A DNA stretch of 64,000 nt from a virus (taxonomy: Duplodnaviria; Caudoviricetes), in the IMG/VR virus record IMGVR_UViG_3300036770_005357, one strand, 5' to 3'. The translations under genes and the position numbers were made by a program. Below are positions 19,624-29,829 of the stretch, piece by piece. The stretch's first letter is position 1. Every line of letters starts with the position of its first letter. The notes under the pieces were generated by a model. The model did no database searches. It saw only the letters and a list, made by a program, of their open reading frames with translations, and was not told where the DNA came from.

Positions 19624-20394
19624 ATGAAAATTGATTCCAAAGATAAAAAGATTTTGATATTCTCAGATCCTCATCAAGAAATTGATAAGGTTGATGATAT
19701 CATTAAACATGAAGCTGCTGATATCAACATTTGTTTGGGTGATTGGTTTGATAGTTTTTATAAAGACTATGATAGTGATTATAAAGCAACCGCTGATTAT
19801 CTATTGAAATATCTTGATACTAGAAACTCACATACTTGTTTTGGTAATCACGATGTTCACTACTTGTTCAATAGTGATGTTGCTAAATGTAGTGGTTACG
19901 AAGACCGTAAGTACTTTGCTATAGATGATGTAATTGGTAGATATAGAAAGTCTGTACAAGATTATTTTAAATGGTATTTTGTAATTGACGATTATTTGTG
20001 TACACATGCTGGTATACATCCAAATTACATACCTTCAACTGCAAAAAATAATGATGACATAATCAATTATATAGACAGTGAATGTGAACGGGCTACACTT
20101 GCGGCGAGAACTAATGACTATCATTGGTTTTTTAAGGCTGGTAGAGCAAGAGGCGGATTTGCCAGATATGGTGGTATTGTATGGTTAGACTTTGATAGAG
20201 AGTTTGAACCTATTGAGGATTTAAAACAAATCGTTGGTCATACACACAGAAGAAGTAAAGGTATTGAACAACATCATACAGAAGGATTCAGTGATCTGAC
20301 AGAAGCTAATAACCTGTGTATTGATTGTAATGTAAATCAATGGCTTACAATTACAAACGGTAAGATGGAGATAAAAAGTTATAAAGATTTGTAA
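19624..20394 (+). CDS. calcineurin-like metallophosphoesterase
   Basis: SDPH, LGDWFD, GNHD, THAG and VGHT motifs. Confidence 0.9.
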   Translation: MKIDSKDKKILIFSDPHQEIDKVDDIIKHEAADINICLGDWFDSFYKDYDSDYKATADYLLKYLDTRNSHTCFGNHDVHYLFNSDVAKCSGYEDRKYFAIDDVIGRYRKSVQDYFKWYFVIDDYLCTHAGIHPNYIPSTAKNNDDIINYIDSECERATLAARTNDYHWFFKAGRARGGFARYGGIVWLDFDREFEPIEDLKQIVGHTHRRSKGIEQHHTEGFSDLTEANNLCIDCNVNQWLTITNGKMEIKSYKDL

Positions 20395-20457
20395 CATCTG
20401 TGTGAACTACACAATAGTATCTTTACTTTAAAATAAGTTTATGATATTTTATAGTGT

Positions 20458-20646
20458 ATGATTGATATACGCTGTAATTATTGTGACACAGTTGCTTCTA
20501 TAAAGAATGGTTATATTCGTATGCAATGTCATTGTTGTGATGAAAACCGTATTATACCATTAACTGACCATGTAAATTATGATCAACACAATGATTATTT
20601 ATATTCCATGATGAGTGATGATTTTGTATATAACGAGGAGAAGTGA
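20458..20646 (+). CDS. small zinc-binding protein
   Basis: CNYC ... CHCC. Confidence 0.5.
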   Translation: MIDIRCNYCDTVASIKNGYIRMQCHCCDENRIIPLTDHVNYDQHNDYLYSMMSDDFVYNEEK

Positions 20647-20679
20647 CACTACTTATATTAAAGAGAAAGGTTTATTAAT

Positions 20680-20907
20680 ATGCCAGGTCCAATTTATTTA
20701 GGTATCAAAACACAAAATCCAGCATTAGGTATTACCAGCACAAATCCGGGTATTGCAAACGGAATGGCAGCTGCACAACAAATGGCTCAAGCTCAACAAC
20801 AACCTCAACCAGAACAAACACAAGGTAGATGGAATCAAGGTCAAGGTGTTCCGGTTATTGAAGTGCCATGGCACAAGGCTACGCCTGATATGAAAAATAT
20901 CAAATAA
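20680..20907 (+). CDS. small Gln/Pro-rich protein
   Basis: 75 aa; AAAQQMAQAQQQPQPEQ; followed by its own terminator. Confidence 0.55.
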   Translation: MPGPIYLGIKTQNPALGITSTNPGIANGMAAAQQMAQAQQQPQPEQTQGRWNQGQGVPVIEVPWHKATPDMKNIK

Positions 20908-20909
20908 TA

Positions 20910-20938
20910 TTGACTTACACTACAGTATGCCCTATACT
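20910..20938 (+). promoter_or_regulatory. sigma70-type promoter
   Basis: TTGACT-N17-TATACT. Confidence 0.7.
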
Positions 20939-20957
20939 CAAAGTATAGGGTTTTTTT
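20930..20957 (+). terminator. intrinsic terminator overlapping the -10 box
   Basis: CCCTATACT-CAA-AGTATAGGG followed by T7. Confidence 0.8.
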
Positions 20958-21536
20958 ATGCATCATTATCAACTTGAATTTGAGTTTAGAACAAAAGAAG
21001 AAAGAGAAAAAGATTACATAGACGCAATGTCTAAGATAAAGGATATTGACCTTAACTTTTATAGAATAAACAAATTTATGGATGAATTGCTTGACAATAT
21101 TCCATATGGTTGGCGAATCTATCATAAGACTCATCACATTAAATCGTGGATTGTATCAATTTATCAAAAACTTCGTTATGGAGTAAGTAATAAAGAATGT
21201 TGGAATCTAGATCAAACTATCACCAAGTTTATTTTACCAAGATTAAAACATTTCAAGAAAGTAAATGTACATTCACATCCAGCAAATTTGACAGAGGAAA
21301 AGTGGGATGCCATATTAGACGAAATTATTTGGACATTTGAATATTTAAATGATCCTGACAAATTTAATCCATTTCCATATTCATGTGCGATTCTTACATC
21401 AAGTAGAGTTTCCGGTAAAACTGAGAAACAAAAACAAGATTGGAAAAATTATGTAAATAAGTCTCTAGGACTAGAAGAACGAAAGAAAAAGGGTTTACAG
21501 TTATTTGCCGAATATTACGAAAATCTTTGGGATTGA
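20958..21536 (+). CDS. conserved phage hypothetical protein
   Basis: WNLD.TI..FILPRL..FK ... W..ILDEIIW.FE ... GL.LFA.YY..LWD pattern. Confidence 0.7.
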   Translation: MHHYQLEFEFRTKEEREKDYIDAMSKIKDIDLNFYRINKFMDELLDNIPYGWRIYHKTHHIKSWIVSIYQKLRYGVSNKECWNLDQTITKFILPRLKHFKKVNVHSHPANLTEEKWDAILDEIIWTFEYLNDPDKFNPFPYSCAILTSSRVSGKTEKQKQDWKNYVNKSLGLEERKKKGLQLFAEYYENLWD

Positions 21537-21560
21537 CATATTATAATTTTGTGGTATACT
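21533..21560 (+). promoter_or_regulatory. sigma70-type promoter
   Basis: TTGACA-N16-TATACT with TG extension. Confidence 0.65.
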
Positions 21561-21726
21561 TTTAATATGAAGACTGAATATTGGCTTTTTATACTTACAC
21601 TGTCGTATCTAATAAACACTTGTTTGGGTTGTTATTTTGTTTTTAACAACAGCAAATTTTTAGGTTATTTACATGCTGCTATAGCATCGGTGTCTGCTGG
21701 TATTTGGTTTTATATGAGGAGTATGT

Positions 21727-22734
21727 ATGGATCGTAAGTTAGCCTCTATTCGTAAGATTGAAGAAATCAAGCCTATTCAAGGCGCTGATAAGATTTGTGT
21801 CTATCGTGTAGGCGGATGGTGGGTTGTTGACACTGTAAATAAGTACAACGTTGGCGACTTGGTTGTTTATTATGAGATTGACAGCTTTCTTCCTATTAAG
21901 CCTGAATTTGAGTTTCTTCGTAAGAATAGTTACAAGAAAATGCCTAATGGCGATGATGGATTTAGACTCAAGACTATCAAGTTGCGCGGTCAACTTAGTC
22001 AAGGTCTTCTTACCAAGATTCCAGATACTATTGTAAATCCTAAAGAGGGCGATGATATTACTGAAATACTTGGTATTGTTAAGTATGAACCACCGATTCC
22101 TGCACAACTTGCTGGACTTGTAAAGGGTTTATTTCCGTCATTTATTCCAAAGACCGATGAAATTCGTGTACAGAACTTTGAATCTGATACAGGTTTAAAT
22201 GTTTATGGATCAATAGTTTACATTACTGAAAAACTTGATGGTACAAGTTTTACTTGTTACTTCAATAAAGGTGAATTCGGTGTTTGTAGCCGTAATCTTG
22301 AATTGAAAGAAACCGCTGAAAATACTCATTGGTCTGTTGCCAATAAGATGAAACTTCGTGAGAAGTTGAGTGCTTTGGGTAGAAATATAGCTCTACAAGG
22401 TGAATTATGTGGTACGGGTATTCAAAAGAATATGTATCGTTTCAATGATCAACGGGTGTATTTCTTTACAGCTTATGACATTGATAATGGTAGTAGATTA
22501 CACTTTGAAGAACTTAAAGAACTTATTTCTAATTTAGAACTTGAAATGGTACCTATACTAGATGATTTGTATAGACTTCCTTCTGAAAATCTTGTAGAGA
22601 AGATGCTTGCTTATGCTGATGGCAAGAGTTTCTTTAATAACACTGTTGACCGTGAAGGTGTAGTGATTCGTGGATTGATGGTGGATTTTAGCTTCAAGGC
22701 TATTAGTAACAATTTCTTGTTGAAAAATGACTGA
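21727..22734 (+). CDS. RNA ligase (DRB0094/Rnl5-like)
   Basis: RKLASIRKI, VYYEIDSFLP, RLKTIKLRGQLSQGL, motif I TEKLDGTS, QGEL.G, REGVV, FKAISN. Confidence 0.9.
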   Translation: MDRKLASIRKIEEIKPIQGADKICVYRVGGWWVVDTVNKYNVGDLVVYYEIDSFLPIKPEFEFLRKNSYKKMPNGDDGFRLKTIKLRGQLSQGLLTKIPDTIVNPKEGDDITEILGIVKYEPPIPAQLAGLVKGLFPSFIPKTDEIRVQNFESDTGLNVYGSIVYITEKLDGTSFTCYFNKGEFGVCSRNLELKETAENTHWSVANKMKLREKLSALGRNIALQGELCGTGIQKNMYRFNDQRVYFFTAYDIDNGSRLHFEELKELISNLELEMVPILDDLYRLPSENLVEKMLAYADGKSFFNNTVDREGVVIRGLMVDFSFKAISNNFLLKND

Positions 22735-22748
22735 AGAACTTGTACATA

Positions 22749-22774
22749 GGGGAGTTTACGACTCCTCTTTTTTT
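22749..22774 (+). terminator. intrinsic terminator after the RNA ligase gene
   Basis: GGGGAGT-TTACG-ACTCCTC followed by T7. Confidence 0.7.
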
Positions 22775-22990
22775 ATGAAAGAACTAGTTACAAATGAGAA
22801 CAATGAATGCTTGAGCGTTCGTTGTGATTTTTATCAGACATGTAAGAAGAATCGTGTGTCAAAGTTTTATAATACCAAGAGAAAGTTCTTGCCATTGGTA
22901 GAGAAAAACATTTGTTTTAGCTTTGACAGCGGAAAACGAAGTGATCTACCTGATAATGCTTACCCAAAAAAATTCGTTGACTTTCTATAA
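22775..22990 (+). CDS. hypothetical protein, Cys-containing
   Basis: ATG just after the terminator; MKELVTNENNEC... Confidence 0.4.
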   Translation: MKELVTNENNECLSVRCDFYQTCKKNRVSKFYNTKRKFLPLVEKNICFSFDSGKRSDLPDNAYPKKFVDFL

Positions 22991-23004
22991 ATGCATGATA
23001 GGAT
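22977..23004 (+). promoter_or_regulatory. sigma70-type promoter
   Basis: TTGACT-N16-TAGGAT with TGn extension, 8 nt before the ligase ATG. Confidence 0.65.
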
Positions 23005-23012
23005 TATAGTAT

Positions 23013-24110
23013 ATGAAGTTACCTATTCTTTATTCTCGTACAAATACTGGTGCTGTTCAAACTTGGACCGTTGAAGTTGTAGGCGATAAGTATCGCACTT
23101 TTTTCGGCCAGATTGATGGTATCATACAAAGTACCGAATGGACCTTTGTTGAAGCCAAGAATGTTGGTAAGAAAAATGCCACGACGGGCGAACAACAAGC
23201 ACTGAAGGAAGCCAATGCTCTTTGGAAGAAGAAGAAAGAGAGCGGTTATTTTGATGACATCGGTAATATTGATAATGATATCTTTACGGAACCTATGCTC
23301 GCTAAGAGTTATGATGACTATAAGGATGAAATTAAGTATCCGGTCTATAGTCAACCTAAGCTAGATGGTATCCGGTGTATTATTAAAAAGAATGGTATGT
23401 GGAGTAGGAATGGTAAACCAATCATTTCAGCTCCTCATGTACTGGAGGCTCTTAAGGACTTTTTTAATAAGTTCCCCACCGCAATTCTTGATGGTGAACT
23501 TTATTGTGATAAGTTAGCTAACGATTTCAATAAGATTTGTAGCTTGGTTAAGAAGACTGTTCCTACAAAGGAAGACCTTATTGAAAGTGCTAAAACTATT
23601 CAGTATTGGGTTTATGATTGGATTTTACCGGATGATTTCGGTGAACGGTCACATCAGATCAATGTCAATATTTTAAGTAATAATATTATTCGTAAGGTAC
23701 CTACTCATAGAGTTGATACACTTAATCAGCTTGATGATCTTTATGAAAAGTATATTGTTGAAGGATATGAGGGTCAGATGGTTCGTCTTGATAATGTTTA
23801 TGAAAACAAGCGTAGTAAGAATTTGCTTAAGCGTAAGGAGTTTCAAGACAGTGAATACAAGATTATTGATATTGTAGAGGGTGAAGGCAATAGGTCTGGT
23901 ATGGCTGGATATATGGTATTTAGGAATCACAAGGATATTCTGTTCCATAGTAATATTAAAGGAGATCGTGAATATTTGAAGGAACTGCTTAAGAACAAAA
24001 AGAAGTACATTGGTAAGATGGCTACAATTAAGTACTTTAATTTGACGCCTGGTGAGGAAATACCCAGATTCCCTTTTGTAATTAATATTGACCGTGAAAG
24101 TTATGAATGA
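23013..24110 (+). CDS. lig: ATP-dependent DNA ligase
   Basis: PMLA, motif I QPKLDGIRC, LDGELY, YEGQMVR, RSKNLLKRK, C-terminal OB fold ending IPRFP. Confidence 0.92.
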   Translation: MKLPILYSRTNTGAVQTWTVEVVGDKYRTFFGQIDGIIQSTEWTFVEAKNVGKKNATTGEQQALKEANALWKKKKESGYFDDIGNIDNDIFTEPMLAKSYDDYKDEIKYPVYSQPKLDGIRCIIKKNGMWSRNGKPIISAPHVLEALKDFFNKFPTAILDGELYCDKLANDFNKICSLVKKTVPTKEDLIESAKTIQYWVYDWILPDDFGERSHQINVNILSNNIIRKVPTHRVDTLNQLDDLYEKYIVEGYEGQMVRLDNVYENKRSKNLLKRKEFQDSEYKIIDIVEGEGNRSGMAGYMVFRNHKDILFHSNIKGDREYLKELLKNKKKYIGKMATIKYFNLTPGEEIPRFPFVINIDRESYE

Positions 24111-24294
24111 TAAGATACACACTAGTAAGATCGTACTTGAAATTGAATGGGTTGAACATCCACATCAACTAAACAATCCGGCTCAGTGGGATTGGAACAG
24201 AATTAAGAGTGATTTGGATTTGAAACGAGTTAAATTTATTGGTACATACACACAAGGATTGCCTGAGAAGGCAGCAAATTGGATTGATAATTAA
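24103..24294 (+). CDS. hypothetical protein
   Basis: ORF overlapping the ligase stop. Confidence 0.45.
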   Translation: MNDKIHTSKIVLEIEWVEHPHQLNNPAQWDWNRIKSDLDLKRVKFIGTYTQGLPEKAANWIDN

Positions 24295-24297
24295 AAT

Positions 24298-24483
24298 ATG
24301 ATTAAAGACAATACAAAAGTTGTAGAGTGGTTGAAAAATCAAATTGATAAAAAGTTTGCTAAAGATCTTGATTATAAAGAGATCAAGGTCTACTATAGTT
24401 GTGACCGTCCACATCCAGATTTGATTGTGGAATGTAAAACAAATAATGATGATCTAAACATTATTAGATTTTTGGTTGTATGA
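24298..24483 (+). CDS. hypothetical protein
   Basis: 61-aa ORF. Confidence 0.45.
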   Translation: MIKDNTKVVEWLKNQIDKKFAKDLDYKEIKVYYSCDRPHPDLIVECKTNNDDLNIIRFLVV

Positions 24484-24568
24484 ACATTCTGAATTTGTTT
24501 CACACAATATTGTTAGTTACACTGTTGGTGATTTTGGTCACAGTATTTTTTGATAATGAGGATTAATT

Positions 24569-24793
24569 ATGTTCAATAGTTCAGAAAGATTAGAGAGGAT
24601 ACGAGATTTTATTAAGTGTCAAAAAACTATAAACACTGTTCAAAAACAAATGGGCGGTAATACAAATTATAGTGATCTAATCTATAATGATATTGAATGG
24701 GCATGTAAAGAAATTGAAGAACTTAAATTGGAGATTGCAAGAACAAACAGTGTTGTAAAAGTTGGTAAATTTTCAGCAAAAAAGATTCTATGA
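24569..24793 (+). CDS. hypothetical protein
   Basis: 74-aa ORF. Confidence 0.5.
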   Translation: MFNSSERLERIRDFIKCQKTINTVQKQMGGNTNYSDLIYNDIEWACKEIEELKLEIARTNSVVKVGKFSAKKIL

Positions 24794-25002
24794 AGTCATT
24801 AATATTTAGTGTTGTACTAATTACAGTTGCTTATGCCAGTACAATTGCAGAACCTATAAAGGTATATTTTGTGGTATCTAGTAGGTCAGGCGATCGTACA
24901 ATTGAACGGGTATATCTTCTAAAAGAAAATGCTGAAAAATATTGTAATATGTACAAAGATAGTCATAATTATTCAATAGAAGAACATAAACTTAGTGAAT
25001 AA
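24790..25002 (+). CDS. small secreted/membrane protein
   Basis: Signal-like N-terminus MKSLIFSVVLITVAYA. Confidence 0.5.
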   Translation: MKSLIFSVVLITVAYASTIAEPIKVYFVVSSRSGDRTIERVYLLKENAEKYCNMYKDSHNYSIEEHKLSE

Positions 25003-25037
25003 ATTTTTTTAAAAATTGAGAAAGGCTAACTAAATAG

Positions 25038-25235
25038 ATGGAAACTCAGATAGACTCTATCATTAAAAATTATTGTAAGAAACTTAAAAAACTTGATAAA
25101 ACTAAAAGTATACCTTATCTAGTAAAAGACATAGATAAACTCATATATGACATGTACTATGAATTACATGCTTTGAGAGGTGTTACTAAGTTAGCCGAAT
25201 CTGTTGAAACACCTAAAAAAGGTCATTGTTGTTGA
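25038..25235 (+). CDS. hypothetical protein
   Basis: 65-aa ORF. Confidence 0.45.
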   Translation: METQIDSIIKNYCKKLKKLDKTKSIPYLVKDIDKLIYDMYYELHALRGVTKLAESVETPKKGHCC

Positions 25236-25238
25236 TTT

Positions 25239-25517
25239 ATGAAAAAGAAAAATGTTTTGTGTACAAACATCACACTGGATAAGTGTCCCGACTGTAAAGT
25301 TGACGCGGGTAAAAAACATAAAAAGAATTGTGATGTAGAACGTTGCAGTGTATGTGGTTCACAATATATCAGTTGTGGATGTGAAAATCATGATAAACAG
25401 TTTTCATATTGGACAGGTTTTTGGCCCGGAGAGCTAGAAGCGAGAGCGTTAAATATGGATTTGAACTCTCTATATACGACGGGCATGCATAAAATATTTT
25501 TTACAAAACCCAAATAA
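25239..25517 (+). CDS. Cys-rich zinc-binding protein
   Basis: CPDC...H...CD.ERC..CG.Q..SCGC...WTGFWPG. Confidence 0.65.
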   Translation: MKKKNVLCTNITLDKCPDCKVDAGKKHKKNCDVERCSVCGSQYISCGCENHDKQFSYWTGFWPGELEARALNMDLNSLYTTGMHKIFFTKPK

Positions 25518-25520
25518 TTT

Positions 25521-25781
25521 ATGGCAAAGAAAATTACAGAACATCTTGAACTAATAGCGCAACGAGTACCGCCCGGTGATAAATGGCGACTTGTGAATGA
25601 TACTCGTAAAATTATACACAATTCACTCACAGAAGCTTTAGAAGCTTATTTTATGGAAACTAAGTTTAAAGGTGAATATAGATTGGCACCGTTGGATAGT
25701 AAACTATATGTGATTAAATCAGTTGAAGAAGAAATCATTCCCGAAATAAAGAACTTCAATATTTACGGTGATCCTATTTAA
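25521..25781 (+). CDS. conserved phage hypothetical protein
   Basis: ELIAQRVPPGDKW ... L..ALEAYF pattern. Confidence 0.55.
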   Translation: MAKKITEHLELIAQRVPPGDKWRLVNDTRKIIHNSLTEALEAYFMETKFKGEYRLAPLDSKLYVIKSVEEEIIPEIKNFNIYGDPI

Positions 25782-26413
25782 TGTTTTATAATATTGTACA
25801 AATAGGTGCTTTTGTAGGTAATGACGATGTATATAAAATAATCATCAATGAACCTAATATAAATGCTTTGTTAATTGAACCCGTACCGTGGTACTTTGAT
25901 AAGTTAAAACAGAATTATGTTAACATACCCAATCCAAACCGTATATCATTTGATAATAGTGTTATACATACTTATGACGGTGAATGTACATTTCATTGTA
26001 TGAAAGAGGTTGAGTATGAATTTAATTATAATACCGACAAAAATTGGGGTCCAGAAATAAGCGGCGTAAATCTAGAACTAATTAAAGAACACGAACAATA
26101 TTTAAATAATCAACACTTTCAATACGAAACACTTAATTTAAAGTGTATAACTTCATTAAGCTTAATAAACAAGTATAATATAACAGATATAGAGTTTCTT
26201 AAGATTGATGCTGAAGGATTGGATTATGATTTGATCACTAATTGGCCATTTGACAAAGTAAAACCTAAATATCTTAAGTTTGAACACTGTCATTTAGACG
26301 GTCATATCAATAGGAATAGTTCAGCTAATACATTGAATTTATTTCTAAATAATAGAGGTTATAAGTTCCTCAAGGATGAAGGTATAGATAGGGTATATAC
26401 AAGAATTTTTTAA
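25781..26413 (+). CDS. FkbM-family SAM-dependent methyltransferase
   Basis: VQIGAFVG, LIEPVP, LKIDAEGLD and FEH motifs. Confidence 0.85.
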   Translation: MFYNIVQIGAFVGNDDVYKIIINEPNINALLIEPVPWYFDKLKQNYVNIPNPNRISFDNSVIHTYDGECTFHCMKEVEYEFNYNTDKNWGPEISGVNLELIKEHEQYLNNQHFQYETLNLKCITSLSLINKYNITDIEFLKIDAEGLDYDLITNWPFDKVKPKYLKFEHCHLDGHINRNSSANTLNLFLNNRGYKFLKDEGIDRVYTRIF

Positions 26414-26470
26414 TACATTTACCCGTTTAATATTATATTTATATGTAAATAACAATATAGATATAATATT

Positions 26471-26749
26471 ATGCCATTATCAAGTTCACAATATCCAGAA
26501 GTAGAATTGCCATCTCCGGTAATTACACAACAACAAGTAACATCCAGTGCTTATCAAATCACCGATGTAAACGACAATCCTGTACAAAAAACAGTTGTTG
26601 CAAGAGTAACTGTAGGACCAGGTGCAATTAATTTCTTCACCGTATGGAGTGGAGAATCATACGATCAAATCGGTCAATGGACCGACAGTGATCTTGTAAC
26701 TGCTGTAACTCCTTTGGTACAAGCAGCTTATCCACCAGTTACACCTTAA
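26471..26749 (+). CDS. small virion-associated-type protein
   Basis: 92 aa; TATTTATA upstream; VWSGESYDQIGQWTD pattern; stop overlaps the convergent gene. Confidence 0.55.
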   Translation: MPLSSSQYPEVELPSPVITQQQVTSSAYQITDVNDNPVQKTVVARVTVGPGAINFFTVWSGESYDQIGQWTDSDLVTAVTPLVQAAYPPVTP

Positions 26750-27714
26750 TCATTAAACAATTTCAACCATTGTGCTGATACTACATCAGCACAATATTTT
26801 TTTGCATCTACACTACATTTTCTTTGTGTTGTTACATCACTAAAGAATTGTTTAATATCATTTGTAACTGTATCGCTGTTCAATACTTCTTTTAAAGCAC
26901 CATAACCATTAGTACAATAGATGTAAGGTGTGGCTTTGAGTATTTCTGCTAATACAGCACTTACACAAAATGTTTCGGTCATAACATTGACATAAAACAT
27001 GCCTTCCGATCTAGCTAATAGATCTACCACTTGTTTAAATGTAAGCGTATTCAAATAATTTACGCTATAGTTTGCTATACTAATATCATTCCGGGGATTG
27101 TCATAACCAGGCAAACAAACATTCAATGATTTATTTTTAAGTGACGGACTTTTATCCTTAAGATACATCCAATATTGTAATGTATAACCATAACCTTTCA
27201 TCAAACTACTAGCATATACAAAATCTGATTTATTTTGTGGTAATTGATAATCATATACCCACTGTGGAATCATAAAGTTTATAATATGTTTATTCCAATC
27301 GGATGGATATTGATCATTACTATATTTGCTTAGTGTGACTAACTTACATTTACCACTATCAATTAATTCATAGTAAGGTAGATTTTGTGGACTATTATTA
27401 TCAGTCACCCAATGATAACAGTTCTTATGTTTGATTCTGCGTGGAATAATGCTATTACGAAGTAATATCAAATGATTACACTTAAATTGATATTGTTGAA
27501 CGCTTACATTAGGCAAATAAAGTACACCGTTATATTCTTTTTCAACGGTTGTATTGTTTAAACAAATTACTTTCTTACCCAATTTAGCAAACTCTTCAAG
27601 CAAAAATATTGCTTGCGATTCACTGCCACCCATGCCTTTAGTCAATAAATCCTCACCTGTATAAGGAACGCATACAGTGTCAAATAGTATTATATCAGCA
27701 AATAGTTCGTTCAT
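26746..27714 (-). CDS. GT-B (family 4-like) glycosyltransferase
   Basis: GMGGSESQAIFL, YASSLMKG, ETFCVSAVLAE motifs. Confidence 0.75.
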   Translation of the reverse strand: MNELFADIILFDTVCVPYTGEDLLTKGMGGSESQAIFLLEEFAKLGKKVICLNNTTVEKEYNGVLYLPNVSVQQYQFKCNHLILLRNSIIPRRIKHKNCYHWVTDNNSPQNLPYYELIDSGKCKLVTLSKYSNDQYPSDWNKHIINFMIPQWVYDYQLPQNKSDFVYASSLMKGYGYTLQYWMYLKDKSPSLKNKSLNVCLPGYDNPRNDISIANYSVNYLNTLTFKQVVDLLARSEGMFYVNVMTETFCVSAVLAEILKATPYIYCTNGYGALKEVLNSDTVTNDIKQFFSDVTTQRKCSVDAKKYCADVVSAQWLKLFND

Positions 27715-28526
27715 AACACTTTAAACATATCGTCATCTACAGTTTGTTGTGATGTTGGTGTTACAAAGTATTTGGATAATACTTCATTTTTAGTTGGTTG
27801 TTGAACTACACCTTGATTTTCAAACTTGGTTTTCCAATCAGCCAACCATTTTCTTACATCGCCCGTATAAGATTTATTACCTACATGTACCAAATCAATG
27901 TTTGTATCTAAAAACACTTTACCACCCATTTGTTGCCACTTGAATCCCATGATGATATCTTCACTTACAAAGTGATTATTTGCATTAATTGTACATGCAC
28001 AAATATTCTTAGTTAATTCAGGAGCGCCTTCTTTTTCAGATACATAAAATTCATTTTCATTTTCAAATAACTGTTTAACACAATTCTTTGATAACTTCAA
28101 GAAACCACATCCTAATCCATTTACTTCAAGTATACCGTTGTCGTCAGGTACTATATTGAAATTACTCGCATTTTCTCCAAGTGCTTTAAAAGCATACAAT
28201 TCTTCATCGTCATTCTTTTTACGATATGTACCACCAATCATATCTTTATCACTTAGAACTAACTTTACAAAATCAGATGGGTTCCAACCAATATCGCTGT
28301 CAATAAAGAACAATACATCCACAGCACTTTGATAAGCTACTCTAAAATAATCATTTCTAGCTCTTTGTATCAAACTATCAAAACAAAGAAAGTATGGTAA
28401 AACTTTGATGTTGTTTTGTTCACAGAGTGGTATGGTATTGATTAGACTGTCCATGAAACGGACATCAAATCTACCATCATAACTTGGTGCTGCTAGTAAA
28501 ACTGTAATAGGTTTATTTTCGTTCAT
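27711..28526 (-). CDS. GT-A fold glycosyltransferase-like protein
   Basis: DSLIQRARN, FFIDSDIGW, LGCGFLKL, VSED, HVG. Confidence 0.75.
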   Translation of the reverse strand: MNENKPITVLLAAPSYDGRFDVRFMDSLINTIPLCEQNNIKVLPYFLCFDSLIQRARNDYFRVAYQSAVDVLFFIDSDIGWNPSDFVKLVLSDKDMIGGTYRKKNDDEELYAFKALGENASNFNIVPDDNGILEVNGLGCGFLKLSKNCVKQLFENENEFYVSEKEGAPELTKNICACTINANNHFVSEDIIMGFKWQQMGGKVFLDTNIDLVHVGNKSYTGDVRKWLADWKTKFENQGVVQQPTKNEVLSKYFVTPTSQQTVDDDMFKVL

Positions 28527-29347
28527 ATGTTGTAATTAAAAGCTTTATAAAACCAATTGTATTTTTCTGTAATATAGTTGCAGTTGTGTCTGCCCAATAC
28601 ACTAAGATAATCTTCGGGTACCTGTTCAATTTTATTTCTTATTAAGTGATCGCCAAATGGTCTATAGAAGACATCATTTTCTTTGGTAAATTGAGCTATA
28701 TTATTGAAATCGTGTTGGTAATATGGTATTTCAAGATAGTTGTATATTTTTCTTACTTCTTGTTCTGGATTTGCACTGAAGTCTTCAAACTTTATGAATA
28801 AGCACTTCTGTGCAATCTTTCTTACTATAACATCATATATCACATCAATAGGAGCACATAGTGGTGGTGCTACATTTAGATACATATCTACTCTTTTATC
28901 TACAGTAGTACCTTTCATTTCATTCCAGTTTTGCATGCCAGCGTCTAGGTGTTGATTGTCTCTAAACTTCTTTTCTAGACTGCTTACGATACTTCTTAGA
29001 TCTCGTATCATTATGATAACTTTTGGATTGGGATCAAACCAATTTACGAAATCATATGTTACACTCCAACCTCTACACTTATCTACAACATATTTTCTGT
29101 CAGTAACATTATTATAAAAACCATATAAAGCACTTTTACAAAATCCTTTGAATCCATTGTCCATGATCTTACTATCTTGTGCTTTGAATTCTATTGCGTT
29201 TGTATAGTTATTTTTTGCATTGAGCAATAGATCACAAAGACCGCTTGTTGGACTGCCGTATATGTCTGGATTTTGAGCAAGCAAATTTTGCACGAGAGTT
29301 GAACCTGCGCGAGGCATGCTACTTTGGAAAAACACTTTTTCTACCAT
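28523..29347 (-). CDS. sulfotransferase (PAPS-dependent, Sulfotransfer_3-like)
   Basis: 5'-PSB loop MPRAGSTL, VDKCR.W, 3'-PB IIMIRDLRSIVSS, IKFEDF..NPE. Confidence 0.85.
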   Translation of the reverse strand: MVEKVFFQSSMPRAGSTLVQNLLAQNPDIYGSPTSGLCDLLLNAKNNYTNAIEFKAQDSKIMDNGFKGFCKSALYGFYNNVTDRKYVVDKCRGWSVTYDFVNWFDPNPKVIIMIRDLRSIVSSLEKKFRDNQHLDAGMQNWNEMKGTTVDKRVDMYLNVAPPLCAPIDVIYDVIVRKIAQKCLFIKFEDFSANPEQEVRKIYNYLEIPYYQHDFNNIAQFTKENDVFYRPFGDHLIRNKIEQVPEDYLSVLGRHNCNYITEKYNWFYKAFNYNI

Positions 29348-29390
29348 ATGATTATAACTATTTTTAAGCGGTTAAAATCTATTTTTATAT

Positions 29391-29807
29391 TTAACTCAAA
29401 TTATTTGCGTCAATGAATATTTGATCAATTTGTTGACTCGTTAATCCTAACTCTGTACCTATTTGTATAATAAGTGGATGATTTCTTTCTACTTGATTAC
29501 CATACTCCCATTGTTGTACAGCTACTATTTTTTCAGTTCCTGTCAAATTATCTATCATTGATTGTACATCATCAAATAAACCCATTATTTGTAGTTGTGC
29601 TCTTAATGACCAATTTGGAATGATTTGTGGTACAGGTGTTATTATTTGATTAATTACCCATTGACAATCTTGCCATATACAATTCTGTGTTGCTGGATCG
29701 TATTGTGGTTGTGGAGTTTCTACCCAACCTTTTCTTGTCAATGTTTCTATAACGGCAGGATCAGTTTCAGTTCTTAATTGACAATCGTATGTTAAAAATG
29801 TAATCAT
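29391..29807 (-). CDS. tail-fibre-associated small protein
   Basis: P.YDPATQ...W, WEYGNQVER.HPLI..IG..LGLT..QIDQIF..A pattern. Confidence 0.6.
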   Translation of the reverse strand: MITFLTYDCQLRTETDPAVIETLTRKGWVETPQPQYDPATQNCIWQDCQWVINQIITPVPQIIPNWSLRAQLQIMGLFDDVQSMIDNLTGTEKIVAVQQWEYGNQVERNHPLIIQIGTELGLTSQQIDQIFIDANNLS

Positions 29808-29829
29808 ATCTTTATTTAAATATTATTTT

